Shown here: positions 18,055-27,847 of the stretch, in pieces
Layout: the number at the start of each line of letters is the position of its first letter
Numbering within the stretch: position 1 is the first letter of the stretch
NCBI GenBank assembly: GCA_018663505.1
Contig: JABJQG010000053.1
Location: forward strand, 80,239-144,238
Length of the DNA: 64,000 nucleotides
Source: Pseudobdellovibrionaceae bacterium
Lineage (GTDB): Bacteria; Bdellovibrionota; Bdellovibrionia; Bdellovibrionales; UBA1609
Direction of reading: 5' to 3'
Notes under the pieces: model-generated
The model's database searches: none
What the model saw: only the letters and a program-made list of their open reading frames with translations
Told to the model about the DNA's origin: nothing
Position numbers and translations under genes: made by a program

Positions 18055-18543
18055 ATGAATATATTAAAAATTATTTTGCTTATAATAACTTTTCAACTGT
18101 GCACAACAGCTATTTATGCACAAAGTGAGACATCCTGTGATGATGAAAATCGATCTCCTACCTGGTCTCTTGCTGAAAATATTGAGACAGCTCCAATTTA
18201 TAGAGAAGCTGGAAGCTCCAGTGAGTTTATGGTAGATATGATACAGGACTCTGCGTCCACAAAAAATAATGCCAAAGCCAAGTACTTTCACCTCATGGGT
18301 GAGAATGCTGTGAAGAATATTGGTGGAACAAAATATTTTCGAGTCTGTTATGAAGCCACTGTTATGGTCGATGGCGTTGCGAAGAGTGTTGCTAAAAGAG
18401 GCTATTTAGATAAGCGATTTATTTATTTCCCCCCTGGAACAGAACCAGATAATGAAAACTACTCTGCGAATACAGGAGAAGTAAAAAATGTTTGTCGAGA
18501 AATTATTACACCGAAATTCCCCGGCGCAGTCCCCACTCATTAG
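18055..18543 (+). CDS. Secreted protein of unknown function
   Basis: Signal peptide MNILKIILLIITFQLCTTAIYAQ. No recognisable domain. Confidence 0.6.
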   Translation: MNILKIILLIITFQLCTTAIYAQSETSCDDENRSPTWSLAENIETAPIYREAGSSSEFMVDMIQDSASTKNNAKAKYFHLMGENAVKNIGGTKYFRVCYEATVMVDGVAKSVAKRGYLDKRFIYFPPGTEPDNENYSANTGEVKNVCREIITPKFPGAVPTH

Positions 18544-18780
18544 AATTTTCACTGTAAGCAATATTAGGCTAAAGTGAGTAGACATTCTCCCAATTACACT
18601 GAGTTACCAATCAGCTACACACAACAAGGTCCTAAGCCAACGTGCTTGCTATTTGTAAGTAATAATTAAGCACCCCCATTAAAAGTAAACTTCACTCATA
18701 AACATATAGAATTAAAGCTCTAGACAGTAGCTCCTGGAATACCAATTCCTTAAAAGAAACTTGTCACAAGCCTATTTCTA

Positions 18781-19323
18781 ATGCATATTCCATCAACTAT
18801 GCTTAAAAACACCATACATATATTTACTACTGGCGGAACCATAGAGAAGTCTTATCATGAGATTGAAGGTAGTCTTAAAAATAGAGATTCCTTGCTACAA
18901 AAAACATTAATTTCCAAACTCAGGCTCCCTTATTTAAATATTCACATACACGAAGTCATGGCCAAGGACTCTTTGTTTTTAAGTAACGAAGACCGTCTTT
19001 ATATTTGGAACAAGGTTTGGCATAAAATGAAAGAAGGCTACCCTGTTGTTATTTTGCACGGCACAGACAGCATGGAAAAAACTGCTCAGGTATTTTTTGA
19101 AAAATGTCCACAGCCCCCTGTTCCCGTCATATTCACTGGCGCAATGATCCCTATGGGGTTTGAGGACTCGGATGGTCGACAAAACTTTACTGAAGCTCTA
19201 TTTGCAGCACACTTTGTTAAACCAGGAGTATACATTAGCTTTCATGGCTACTTATTTGATGTGCCAAACTGTCGAAAAAATATTCAAAAAAGAACCTTTG
19301 AGAAAAAGAATCCTTCTTTATAA
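18781..19323 (+). CDS. Asparaginase-family protein, short form (N-terminal catalytic domain only)
   Basis: IHIFTTGGTIEKS (TGGTI motif) and ILHGTDSMEKTA (HGTDTM motif). At 180 aa it lacks the C-terminal domain. Confidence 0.65.
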   Translation: MHIPSTMLKNTIHIFTTGGTIEKSYHEIEGSLKNRDSLLQKTLISKLRLPYLNIHIHEVMAKDSLFLSNEDRLYIWNKVWHKMKEGYPVVILHGTDSMEKTAQVFFEKCPQPPVPVIFTGAMIPMGFEDSDGRQNFTEALFAAHFVKPGVYISFHGYLFDVPNCRKNIQKRTFEKKNPSL

Positions 19324-19351
19324 AAAAAAGGCTCCTTATGGAGCCTCTTTA
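19322..19351. terminator. Bidirectional intrinsic terminator between convergent genes
   Basis: A8-AGGCTCC-ttat-GGAGCCT-CTTTATT. A 7-bp GC-rich stem is flanked by an A-run and a T-rich tract. Confidence 0.7.
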
Positions 19352-19373
19352 TTAAAACCTGTTATTTTTACTA

Positions 19374-20393
19374 TTACCAAGTCACCTGTAAGTCAGGAGT
19401 CACTGTAAAGTAACATCTAGTATTGTCCGTGGTTACAAAGTTACCAGGTACTAATATTGTAAAGTGTTGTCTAGATCCATGAGAGTAATGAGCCATCAGA
19501 TCGCCGTTTGCAAATCTTAATATAACTTCATCCAAAGGTTGTACACCACATGGGTTAATAACTTCAGTAATCATATATTCACTCACTGGAGCATCTTTAC
19601 CATCTAGGCCATTAGTGCCATCAACTCCATTGCTACCATTAGAACCATTATTTCCGTCAGTGCCATCTGTACCATGCTTTATCAAAGCCACTGAACCATC
19701 TGGACATTCTACATAGGCACCACCTTCAACTTCATTAACTGTACAAGCAACAGCATCTTTTCCGTTAATACCATCCACACCATTTGCTCCATCAGCACCA
19801 TTTGCTCCATCAGCACCATTTGCTCCATCAGCACCGTTAGCTCCATCTGTACCATTTGCACCATGTTGAACAACTGCAATAGATCCATCATCACAAGAAA
19901 TCACTGCACCAATATCGCCTTCCGCAACTGAACAAGTTGAACCGTTAAGACCGTCTAAACCATCTACGCCGTTAACTCCATCTACACCATCATGAACAAT
20001 AGCCACAGTTCCATCTTCACAAGAAACATAAGCTCCAAGCTCGGTCTGTGTCACTGAACAAGATGTACCATTTTCTCCATGTTTAATAACAGTGGCGGAC
20101 TCATCATCGCAAAAGACTAAAGCACCTTCAGCTATAGGTTCAACATGACAAGAACCCCCGTCAACACCATCGATACCATCAGCTCCGTCTTTTATCGCAA
20201 TCTCTGTACCGTCTGGACATTTTAATACATAATGGTCATCCAATGGTTCCACCGTACAAGCAATAAAGTTTTCTACAGGTACAGGGTTACCATCAGCAAA
20301 CATTCCATCTGATGCTTGGTTGTTTAAATCCTTACAACCAAATAGACCTAAGTTAATCACAAATAACAAAATCTTTAATCCATGTTTGCTCAT
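19374..20393 (-). CDS. Modular lipoprotein with five Cys-framed modules separated by collagen-like G-x-y triplet runs
   Basis: The track start at 20438 is TTG. ATG 20393 has GGAG upstream and gives MSKHGLKILLFVINLGLFGC (lipobox). Five modules of C-x-V-x6-G-A-x-V-x-C-x-DG-x6-HG are separated by runs such as GANGTDGANGADGANGADGANGADGANGVDGINGKD. Confidence 0.8.
   Translation of the reverse strand: MSKHGLKILLFVINLGLFGCKDLNNQASDGMFADGNPVPVENFIACTVEPLDDHYVLKCPDGTEIAIKDGADGIDGVDGGSCHVEPIAEGALVFCDDESATVIKHGENGTSCSVTQTELGAYVSCEDGTVAIVHDGVDGVNGVDGLDGLNGSTCSVAEGDIGAVISCDDGSIAVVQHGANGTDGANGADGANGADGANGADGANGVDGINGKDAVACTVNEVEGGAYVECPDGSVALIKHGTDGTDGNNGSNGSNGVDGTNGLDGKDAPVSEYMITEVINPCGVQPLDEVILRFANGDLMAHYSHGSRQHFTILVPGNFVTTDNTRCYFTVTPDLQVTW
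19778..19849. repeat. 18-bp tandem repeat (3 perfect + 1 diverged copy) encoding the (GANGAD)n collagen-like run
   Basis: CACCATTTGCTCCATCAG occurs at 19778, 19796 and 19814, with a diverged copy at 19832. Confidence 0.85.
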
Positions 20394-20632
20394 ATATTTT
20401 TCTCCATGTACGTGTATAGTCATGGAATATAAAAGCAATTACTGGACCAAAGTTTTGTTGTTCTGTTTTGAAATGGTGTGCTTCAACTATTGGAAATAGT
20501 TATTCTATTCTCAGTGACTCATAATAGTAATGTTTGATTTTTTGTACATGTTTATTTTCTGTTAACATCTTCTACAAAAACTAAAACTTTGAAATGACAT
20601 TTATAGTTCTCACATCAATACAAAACAATTAG

Positions 20633-21946
20633 TTATGCTGCTTTTTTTTGGGCCTTAGCTAGAGGAAGGCAAATTTTAAAAAAGAATTTATCCCTTATTG
20701 GTACAACCTTAAATTGACCGTTGTGTGATATTATAATATTTTTACATAAGTTCAGCCCTAAGCCAGTCCCTTTGCCCGATTTTTTTGTGGTATAAAAAGG
20801 CTTAATTACATCATTCACTTTATCTTGAGGAATACCAGGGCCACTGTCAGAAAACTCAATCTCAATTCTATCTTTAAATTTTTTGCAATCTATTCGTATA
20901 TAAGGGTTATCCAAACCGTCAATGGCATCAATGGAGTTTGAGATCAGATTAATAAAAACCTGAGAAAGCTGTACAGGAAGACCAAATACCTGAAGGTCGT
21001 CACTCACTCCACACATTTCTAATTGGATATGCTTTTGCTTTAAACTGAGGTTGTAAATGGATTCTGCATCTTCAAAAACTGATTTTAAACTCAATGTCTC
21101 CATCATTAAATTATCCGGAGATCTAGAAAATCGTTTTAATCCAGAAACAACAGTGGAGATCCTCATAGCTGTATTGTTAATTTTCTCCAAGCGATACAGC
21201 AAGTCTTCATCCGATATATCTTGCTCGTTTTTAAGTTTATAAATTATTGCTTGTGCTTGGCCAGACACTATCATCAGAGGATTATTGATTTCATGGGCAA
21301 TGTTGCCCGACAGCTCTGCTAAGACTTGTACATTTGAGTTTTTCAAAAGATCAGTGGTTTTCTCTTCTAAGTTTACATAGTTTACATGCCTTATGTAACT
21401 TTCAAAATAACAAAATGGTAGAGCAAAAAATAAAATCGCAGATCTATGCAAAAACAGACCCGATTCAATAGGACTAGTCGTTATTAAAATAGCGTAAGAA
21501 AAAATAAAAAATACAATGTAAGCCCCTAGTTGTCTTAAATTAAAAACAGAAGCGGCTACTATTATTGAAAGTATTTGTGCATAAAATGGAACAAAAGGTG
21601 TTTCCTGCATTACATTTTCATTAAATAAGCCAAATACCCCAATAGCAAAAAATGTTAAAACAACTGGGACCGCAGTTTTTGTACCTCCGACTAACTTTAA
21701 AAATATATAATTAAGAGTTAAAATACTAAACAGTGTTATAGAAATTTTAAAATTATCTATTGTAGTTACAGCTGTCCAAAACCCAAAACGTACTGGTAAT
21801 ACCACGAATGATATAAAACCAGTAATAAAAATCAAAGATGGTAGTAAAACCTGAAGTGTTCTCTGCTGAGTATATAGCTCTAATTCTGTTGGTTTAACAG
21901 ACCATACATAATAAAATTTTCTTTTAATTATCTCAAGCAGTACCAT
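20633..21946 (-). CDS. Membrane-bound sensor histidine kinase with a polytopic N-terminal domain
   Basis: About 6 hydrophobic segments, then H-box IAHEINNPL, NLISNSIDA, DSGPGI, GTGLGL. Confidence 0.85.
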   Translation of the reverse strand: MVLLEIIKRKFYYVWSVKPTELELYTQQRTLQVLLPSLIFITGFISFVVLPVRFGFWTAVTTIDNFKISITLFSILTLNYIFLKLVGGTKTAVPVVLTFFAIGVFGLFNENVMQETPFVPFYAQILSIIVAASVFNLRQLGAYIVFFIFSYAILITTSPIESGLFLHRSAILFFALPFCYFESYIRHVNYVNLEEKTTDLLKNSNVQVLAELSGNIAHEINNPLMIVSGQAQAIIYKLKNEQDISDEDLLYRLEKINNTAMRISTVVSGLKRFSRSPDNLMMETLSLKSVFEDAESIYNLSLKQKHIQLEMCGVSDDLQVFGLPVQLSQVFINLISNSIDAIDGLDNPYIRIDCKKFKDRIEIEFSDSGPGIPQDKVNDVIKPFYTTKKSGKGTGLGLNLCKNIIISHNGQFKVVPIRDKFFFKICLPLAKAQKKAA

Positions 21947-22051
21947 GGGTATTTAATCGGTATATCCAGTACTGGAGTAAACCCAACAGCAATAAATACC
22001 GACCATAGTCACTCTCTATGAAAATGCCTCTCAATTACTTATCATTTGGCT

Positions 22052-23707
22052 TTACTTAAGCTTGGCCCATGCATCTTTTAGAGTCACTGTTTGGTTAAAC
22101 ACCCAATTTCCCTCTGTGCTATCTGAGTCTATAGTAAAATAACCAAGCCTTTCAAATTGAAATGACTGACCAACTTTTGCAGCACTTAGACTTGGCTCAA
22201 TAAAAGCTTCTTTAATCACAGTCATAGATTGAGGGTTAATATATTCCAAGAAGTCTTTTTCCATAGCAAGAGGGTTTGGCTCTGTAAAAAGCGGATTATA
22301 CATTCTCACTTCTACTTTCTCTGCGCTCTCTGCAGGGACCCAATGAACAATACCCTTTACTTTCTTTTGCCCCTCTGGCCTCTTACCACCAAAGGTGTCT
22401 TTATCGTAGGTGCATTTAAGTTCTACAACCTTACCAGAAGCATCCTTAATTACTTCATCACAGTGAATCACATAACCATACTTTAACCGCACTTTTCGGT
22501 CTGGTCCTAGGCGAAAAAATTTCGCTGGAGGATCTTCCATAAAGTCCTCTCGATCAATTAAAATATTTTTAGTAAAGCTAAACTCTCTACGGCCGCGCTC
22601 TTCATCTTTTGGATGTATCTTGGGAGTTACTATTACAGAATCTTCTTCAAAGTTGGTAATCGTAACCTTAATTGGATCTAGAACCGTCATAATACGCCCT
22701 GCTGTTTCGTCAAGGTCTTCTCGAACGTGCGCCTCTAAGGTACCCAAACTTATCATTGAATTCTTTTTAGTTACCCCTAATGAACGACTAAAGTTTCTAA
22801 TGGCCTTAGGAGAAAATCCACGACGTCGCATTCCCTTAAGAGTAGATAACCTGGGGTCATCCCATCCATGAACATGCTTCTCTGTTACCAATTGAATTAA
22901 CTTTCTTTTGCTCATCACTGTATATTCTAAATTTAAACGAGCAAATTCAATCTGCTGAGGCCTGTGCTCTAACTCAAGCTCTTGCACCAACCAATCATAA
23001 AGTGGGCGATGATCTTCAAACTCTAAAGTACAAACAGAGTGGGTTATGGCTTCAAAAGAGTCCGATTGACCATGTGTAAAGTCATACATGGGGTAAATAC
23101 ACCATTTGTCCTTTGCACGTGGATGATGAGCCTTCTTAATACGATAAATTATTGGGTCACGCATATTCATATTAGATGAGGCCATATCTATCTTGGCCCG
23201 CAACACATATTTACCTTCTTCAAAATCACCACTTTTCATTTGCTCAAACAATGCTAGATTATCCTCCACAGATGTGGATCTAAAAGGGCTATCTGTTCCT
23301 GGCTCTGTTAAAGACCCACGATAAGATTTGGTTTCTTCAGGTGTTAACCCACAAACATATGCTTTTCCTTTTTTTATTAAAACCACAGCCAAGTCATAAA
23401 GGCGATCAAAGTAATCCGATGAATAAAAAAGACGATCGTCCCAATCAAAACCCAACCACTTAACATCTTCTATTATTGCGCGTTCGTATTCCTCATCCTC
23501 GGCATCCGGATTGGTGTCGTCAAAACGCAGGTTGCAGAGGCCATTGTATTTTTCTGCTAGTTCAAAATTAAGACAAATAGATTTGGCATGACCAATATGT
23601 AGGTAGCCATTGGGCTCTGGAGGAAAGCGAGTATGTACACGCCCTTCGTTTTTATTATTTTTAATATCTTCATTTATAATGGATTCTATAAAATTAGCGT
23701 CACTCAT
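22052..23707 (-). CDS. glnS: Glutamine--tRNA ligase
   Basis: HIGH motif (YLHIGHAKS), KMSKS-type VMSKRK, and typical class I GlnRS sequence throughout. The track start at 23734 is TTG. ATG 23707 (MSDANF) has GAAGG upstream. Confidence 0.96.
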   Translation of the reverse strand: MSDANFIESIINEDIKNNKNEGRVHTRFPPEPNGYLHIGHAKSICLNFELAEKYNGLCNLRFDDTNPDAEDEEYERAIIEDVKWLGFDWDDRLFYSSDYFDRLYDLAVVLIKKGKAYVCGLTPEETKSYRGSLTEPGTDSPFRSTSVEDNLALFEQMKSGDFEEGKYVLRAKIDMASSNMNMRDPIIYRIKKAHHPRAKDKWCIYPMYDFTHGQSDSFEAITHSVCTLEFEDHRPLYDWLVQELELEHRPQQIEFARLNLEYTVMSKRKLIQLVTEKHVHGWDDPRLSTLKGMRRRGFSPKAIRNFSRSLGVTKKNSMISLGTLEAHVREDLDETAGRIMTVLDPIKVTITNFEEDSVIVTPKIHPKDEERGRREFSFTKNILIDREDFMEDPPAKFFRLGPDRKVRLKYGYVIHCDEVIKDASGKVVELKCTYDKDTFGGKRPEGQKKVKGIVHWVPAESAEKVEVRMYNPLFTEPNPLAMEKDFLEYINPQSMTVIKEAFIEPSLSAAKVGQSFQFERLGYFTIDSDSTEGNWVFNQTVTLKDAWAKLK

Positions 23708-24152
23708 TTTTTTGCCTTCATTCCAGTAAATCAATAATTTTTTTGGATAATTGACATTATCTATTTGTAGCTAAACTAGCGTAATTTATTGGATTTAACA
23801 ATGGGTTTTGTGAGTTGTTGGTCGCTTTGGTTTTAGGACGTTCCACTGAGACCTTTCCGTCCTTAGAAATCGAGGCTGGCCGCCTCGAGCTCCGCGATCT
23901 AATGGCATCGTGCCATTAGATCTAAAACAAACAAATATTCGTGCTGAACTGATTTTCTTTTAACATTTCTTTCTTCTCTTTATTTTCAATCTTTCTTACT
24001 ATTTTTCTGTTCTATCAATAGATTTCCCCACACGACGTGGGGAAATTGGCGGGTTAGGGCCGCCTTTAGGCCCGATCTCCCATGGACGGAGAAGGCCCTA
24101 TGAATCGAAAAATCTACGAAGAATAATCCCTGTCCCTGAAGCACTGATATAC

Positions 24153-24485
24153 CTACAAATCCTGAAGCATAAACTGAGTGGCACCTATCAAATCTGACAT
24201 ATACATAAGTCCACCGTGAGGCTCCCCTATATTTGCCAACTCATATATAAACTCAAATAGCTCTTCAGCCTCAGACGCATCTTTAGCTGTTACAGAGAAA
24301 ACTTCTTTCTCTTCTTCTTTTGGTAAGCCAGATTTGGTTTCTAATTGATCCAACACACCAAATCCACGGGCATTTGCAAAGTAAAATCGGTTGTTTCCTT
24401 TTTCAAATAAGGCTTCGGCGACTTTCTTTGAGGTTCCCTTGGTCAAAATACAGGTAATTACTTTTGCACCTTTTTCGATATTCAT
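24153..24485 (-). CDS. P-II-like signal-transduction family protein (second of two)
   Basis: 110 aa. Beta-alpha-beta pattern VITCILTKGTSKKVAEALFEKG...ANARGFG. Lies immediately downstream of another P-II-like gene and a DUF1538-type gene. Confidence 0.6.
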   Translation of the reverse strand: MNIEKGAKVITCILTKGTSKKVAEALFEKGNNRFYFANARGFGVLDQLETKSGLPKEEEKEVFSVTAKDASEAEELFEFIYELANIGEPHGGLMYMSDLIGATQFMLQDL

Positions 24486-24503
24486 ACTATTCCCCTCTAG
24501 AGT

Positions 24504-24872
24504 TTATGCATTTGCTGGTTGTAGCTTTTCTAATACTTCTATGGGTATAAAAGTTGCTGCCTTATCAATTGGAGTCATATAAATAAAACCTTTACCCGGT
24601 GTATCTAACTGGCCGGCCATATACATTTTTTCAAATACATAATCTACCTGCTCTTGAGCTACAACAATATTAATAATCTCTTTTTCAACTTCAACAGCTA
24701 CCCCAAGTAAACCTAATCGTTCACGTACACCGGAACCCCTGGCATAATAAACAGTGGCACCTTGTGCACCAGCCTCTCTTGCAGCCTTAACAATAGTATC
24801 TGCTTGGCCTTTTTCCACAATACATGTAATCAGTGATGCGTCCGTTAATACGGTAAAATCTCTTTTTGCCAT
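24504..24872 (-). CDS. P-II-like signal-transduction family protein (first of two)
   Basis: LITCIVEKGQADTIVKAAREAGAQGATVYYARGSG matches the P-II fold signature (aIv..g.ad.v..aa.eaGa.GaTv...rG.G). Confidence 0.7.
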   Translation of the reverse strand: MAKRDFTVLTDASLITCIVEKGQADTIVKAAREAGAQGATVYYARGSGVRERLGLLGVAVEVEKEIINIVVAQEQVDYVFEKMYMAGQLDTPGKGFIYMTPIDKAATFIPIEVLEKLQPANA

Positions 24873-24881
24873 CTTTACTCC

Positions 24882-26630
24882 TTAAGCCTCTGTTTGTATT
24901 TGTTTTGATTTTTTAGATTTCATTTGAATATAAAGTCCCATTATTAATACGGAAATAATTGGACAGATAGATGCCATGGATAATATTCCGAAGCCCTCAA
25001 TGGCACCTGTTGCGTTTGCAAAACCTAAGCCCATAGCCAACACCAGTGGCACTGTTACCGGCCCAGTCGTCACACCCGCACTATCCCAAGCCACATTCAC
25101 AAACTCTTCTGTGGAAAAATATGTTAGAACCAATAATCCCACATAACCTGGGAGCAAAAAATAGGCTAAGGGAATAGCAAAAATTAGCTTCACAACCCCT
25201 AACATAATCCCCATGGCCACACCGAAGGACACCGAATACATAAGCATGGATTTTTTAAACGCACCGTTAGTTAAATTTTGCACTGTAATTCCTAAAGCAT
25301 TCAAAGCCGGCTCAGCTAAGGTTGAACCAAAACCTAAAAAGAATGCAAAACCCAAAGCAATGGATAGCCCTACCGAGTACCAATATAGAGGTGACTCTGG
25401 AACTTTTTCTATAACTGCAAATGCCGCTGGAACTAACTCTCCAGATTGATTTCCTAAAGCGGCAAGACCATAAGTTAAACCAACATTAAATACGCCCATG
25501 CCGAGCACTGTAAGAAAAATTCCGTAAAAAACTATACCTGCATTTCTTAGTTTATCCCTAAGAACAACCTTCATTACTATAAATAAGAAAATCACCAGGG
25601 GTACAATAGCTTGAACAGACATAAATAACTCTAACCATGGTGTCTTATTGTACCAGGCAACTGCAACTTCAGCACTCCCTGAAGCTGCATGAGCTGAAGC
25701 AATTATAGCTTCAACAGTGGTGTCTGTGGTTACATAAATTCCCAAGAGCAAAGCTGCCATAATTGGGAATAAAGAGGCCAGAGTTACAATACCAAAACCA
25801 GAAAGTGTAGACTCCCCATCACCTACGGCAGAGGCCACACCAATTCCTAAAGATAAAACCAGGGGCACAGTTACTGGACCTGTAGTTACCGCACCACAAT
25901 CCCAAAATAAGCCAATAGCTTTTGCTAATTCTGGTAAAAAGAAATTCACATAAGCTGTTAATAAAAGTAATGGTATCAACACCATATATATCAGTGGTTT
26001 TAAGGACCAATTTTTTACAAACCTTAATGTTCCTAAAACAGAAGCTAAACCAACACCAATACCAACCATCAAAACCAATGTTCCTGAATACTCATTCAAT
26101 AAGGCATATAAATATGGGGCGCGCTCAGGACTCACAATAGCCCCTGCAGCTTTTAAGGCTCCAATTGCAGGCTCAGCAAATGTCACCCCAACACCTAATA
26201 AAAATGCCACTAATAACACAACCACAAGAGGTGATTTTACAGGCAGAGTATTCCCAATACTTTCTCCAAAAGGCATAAGACCAAGTTTTAGACCTTCCAT
26301 AAAAAGCATTAGGCCACCCATTACGGCAACCAAACCGCCACTAATTAACCATGCATCAGTGACACCTTGTCTTAAAATAAAAATTTGAAAAACCATAAGG
26401 TAAATGGCTAAAGGGACCACAGCTTTTACTTGCTCCATAAAGCGCGTGCTCGTATACGGACCTAAAATTCTATAAACATCTAATGCATTTACTCTTAGCT
26501 TATCCGGAACAATGGCTTCTGGTTTGCCATCGGCACCAATTGTTGGCTTTGCTGCAAGATCATTAAAACTAATTTTTCGCTGTGTTACAGAGACTTCACG
26601 AAGAAACTCACCGAACTTAACTTTGCTCAT
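24882..26630 (-). CDS. Polytopic membrane protein with two DUF1538-type repeats
   Basis: Internal duplication: VTFAEPAIGALK...WDCGAVTTGPVTVPLVLSLGIGVA and STLAEPALNALG...WDSAGVTTGPVTVPLVLAMGLGFA. More than 12 hydrophobic segments. Confidence 0.7.
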   Translation of the reverse strand: MSKVKFGEFLREVSVTQRKISFNDLAAKPTIGADGKPEAIVPDKLRVNALDVYRILGPYTSTRFMEQVKAVVPLAIYLMVFQIFILRQGVTDAWLISGGLVAVMGGLMLFMEGLKLGLMPFGESIGNTLPVKSPLVVVLLVAFLLGVGVTFAEPAIGALKAAGAIVSPERAPYLYALLNEYSGTLVLMVGIGVGLASVLGTLRFVKNWSLKPLIYMVLIPLLLLTAYVNFFLPELAKAIGLFWDCGAVTTGPVTVPLVLSLGIGVASAVGDGESTLSGFGIVTLASLFPIMAALLLGIYVTTDTTVEAIIASAHAASGSAEVAVAWYNKTPWLELFMSVQAIVPLVIFLFIVMKVVLRDKLRNAGIVFYGIFLTVLGMGVFNVGLTYGLAALGNQSGELVPAAFAVIEKVPESPLYWYSVGLSIALGFAFFLGFGSTLAEPALNALGITVQNLTNGAFKKSMLMYSVSFGVAMGIMLGVVKLIFAIPLAYFLLPGYVGLLVLTYFSTEEFVNVAWDSAGVTTGPVTVPLVLAMGLGFANATGAIEGFGILSMASICPIISVLIMGLYIQMKSKKSKQIQTEA

Positions 26631-26837
26631 AGACCATCCTTATTATGAATAAAATTCAGTATTTAGTGTGAATTTTGTGACATCACCAGTCAACGTATTG
26701 GGAGCATTCACTTAAGAAGCTTACTAAGGTCGAGCCATTATTTTCTCGTTAAATAAATTACGATCCAAAAACCACGTATTTACATCATAAACCTTAATTT
26801 TACTGACTCTAGGGGCATGACATAATAGTATAACCCC

Positions 26838-27071
26838 ATGAATATGCTGGACTTACATGGATACAAAAAAGATGAAGTATTTGATGCTGTGGATGCTTTT
26901 ATTATGAAGCACCAAAACAAAGCTCGGGTAAAAATTATGACCGGCAAGGGTGCGGGAATTGTGCACAAAGAAGTACTTAAATACTTAAAGCAGGCCCATT
27001 ATAGCCACGAATTTGAAAAGTTACCTAGCGGCGCCCCTAACCATGGTGTGTTGATTATTCATATTAAATAA
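26838..27071 (+). CDS. Smr-domain protein (small MutS-related)
   Basis: LDLHGYKKDEVFDAVDAFI...VKIMTGKGAGIVHKEVLKYL matches the stand-alone Smr domain pattern. Confidence 0.8.
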   Translation: MNMLDLHGYKKDEVFDAVDAFIMKHQNKARVKIMTGKGAGIVHKEVLKYLKQAHYSHEFEKLPSGAPNHGVLIIHIK

Positions 27072-27115
27072 GCTAGCTTGATAAAAATCCTTACGAACAA
27101 CAGATCGGAGACATA

Positions 27116-27634
27116 ATGCCATCAAAACTTCTTTGGTTAGACCTAGAAATGACAGGACTTGATGTTGATAAAGAAGTCATCATTGAAGTGGCAGCAATTG
27201 TTACTGATTATAATTTTATGACTTTAGATCGCTACCACTCTGTGGTTATGCAACCACAGAAATACTTAGATGGCATGGATGAATGGAACACAAAACATCA
27301 TGGTATGTCTGGGTTAACCCAAAAAGTACCCAATGGAAAACCTCCAGAACAGGTAGAACAAGAACTTTCGGATTTGATTAAGAGAAATTTTACAGATGAG
27401 CCAGCAACCCTTGCCGGGAACTCCATTGGCCAAGATCGTTTCTTCCTTAAGGTTCACTTTAAGGCTGTAGAAAAGTTGCTCCACTATCGCATGCTTGATG
27501 TGTCTTCTTGGAAAATAATATTTAAAGAAAAATTTCATTTTCAATTTGAAAAATCAAATAACCATCGCGCCCTAGATGACATCCAAGAAAGTATCGATGA
27601 GTTAAGATGTTATATCGATCATATTAAGATTTAA
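27116..27634 (+). CDS. orn: Oligoribonuclease
   Basis: LLWLDLEMTGLDVDKEVIIEVAAIVTD and the DEDDh-type end HRALDDIQESIDELRCY. GGAG RBS. Confidence 0.93.
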   Translation: MPSKLLWLDLEMTGLDVDKEVIIEVAAIVTDYNFMTLDRYHSVVMQPQKYLDGMDEWNTKHHGMSGLTQKVPNGKPPEQVEQELSDLIKRNFTDEPATLAGNSIGQDRFFLKVHFKAVEKLLHYRMLDVSSWKIIFKEKFHFQFEKSNNHRALDDIQESIDELRCYIDHIKI

Positions 27635-27847
27635 ACTGATTAGCTACCTCCATCAAGTGACGTTGGCTCTATGACTTTTACCAAGACTTCGCCGACTCCT
27701 TTATGTAAAATTTACATACCAACTATAAATTTCTAATAATATTAAATACTTAGAATTATCACCCATTTTCCTCCCTATTTTTATAAGGTCTACTGAGTTA
27801 TAAACCTCAACAGTACTTCAAGACGCCGGGGGGGGAGGTTTGAAGCC

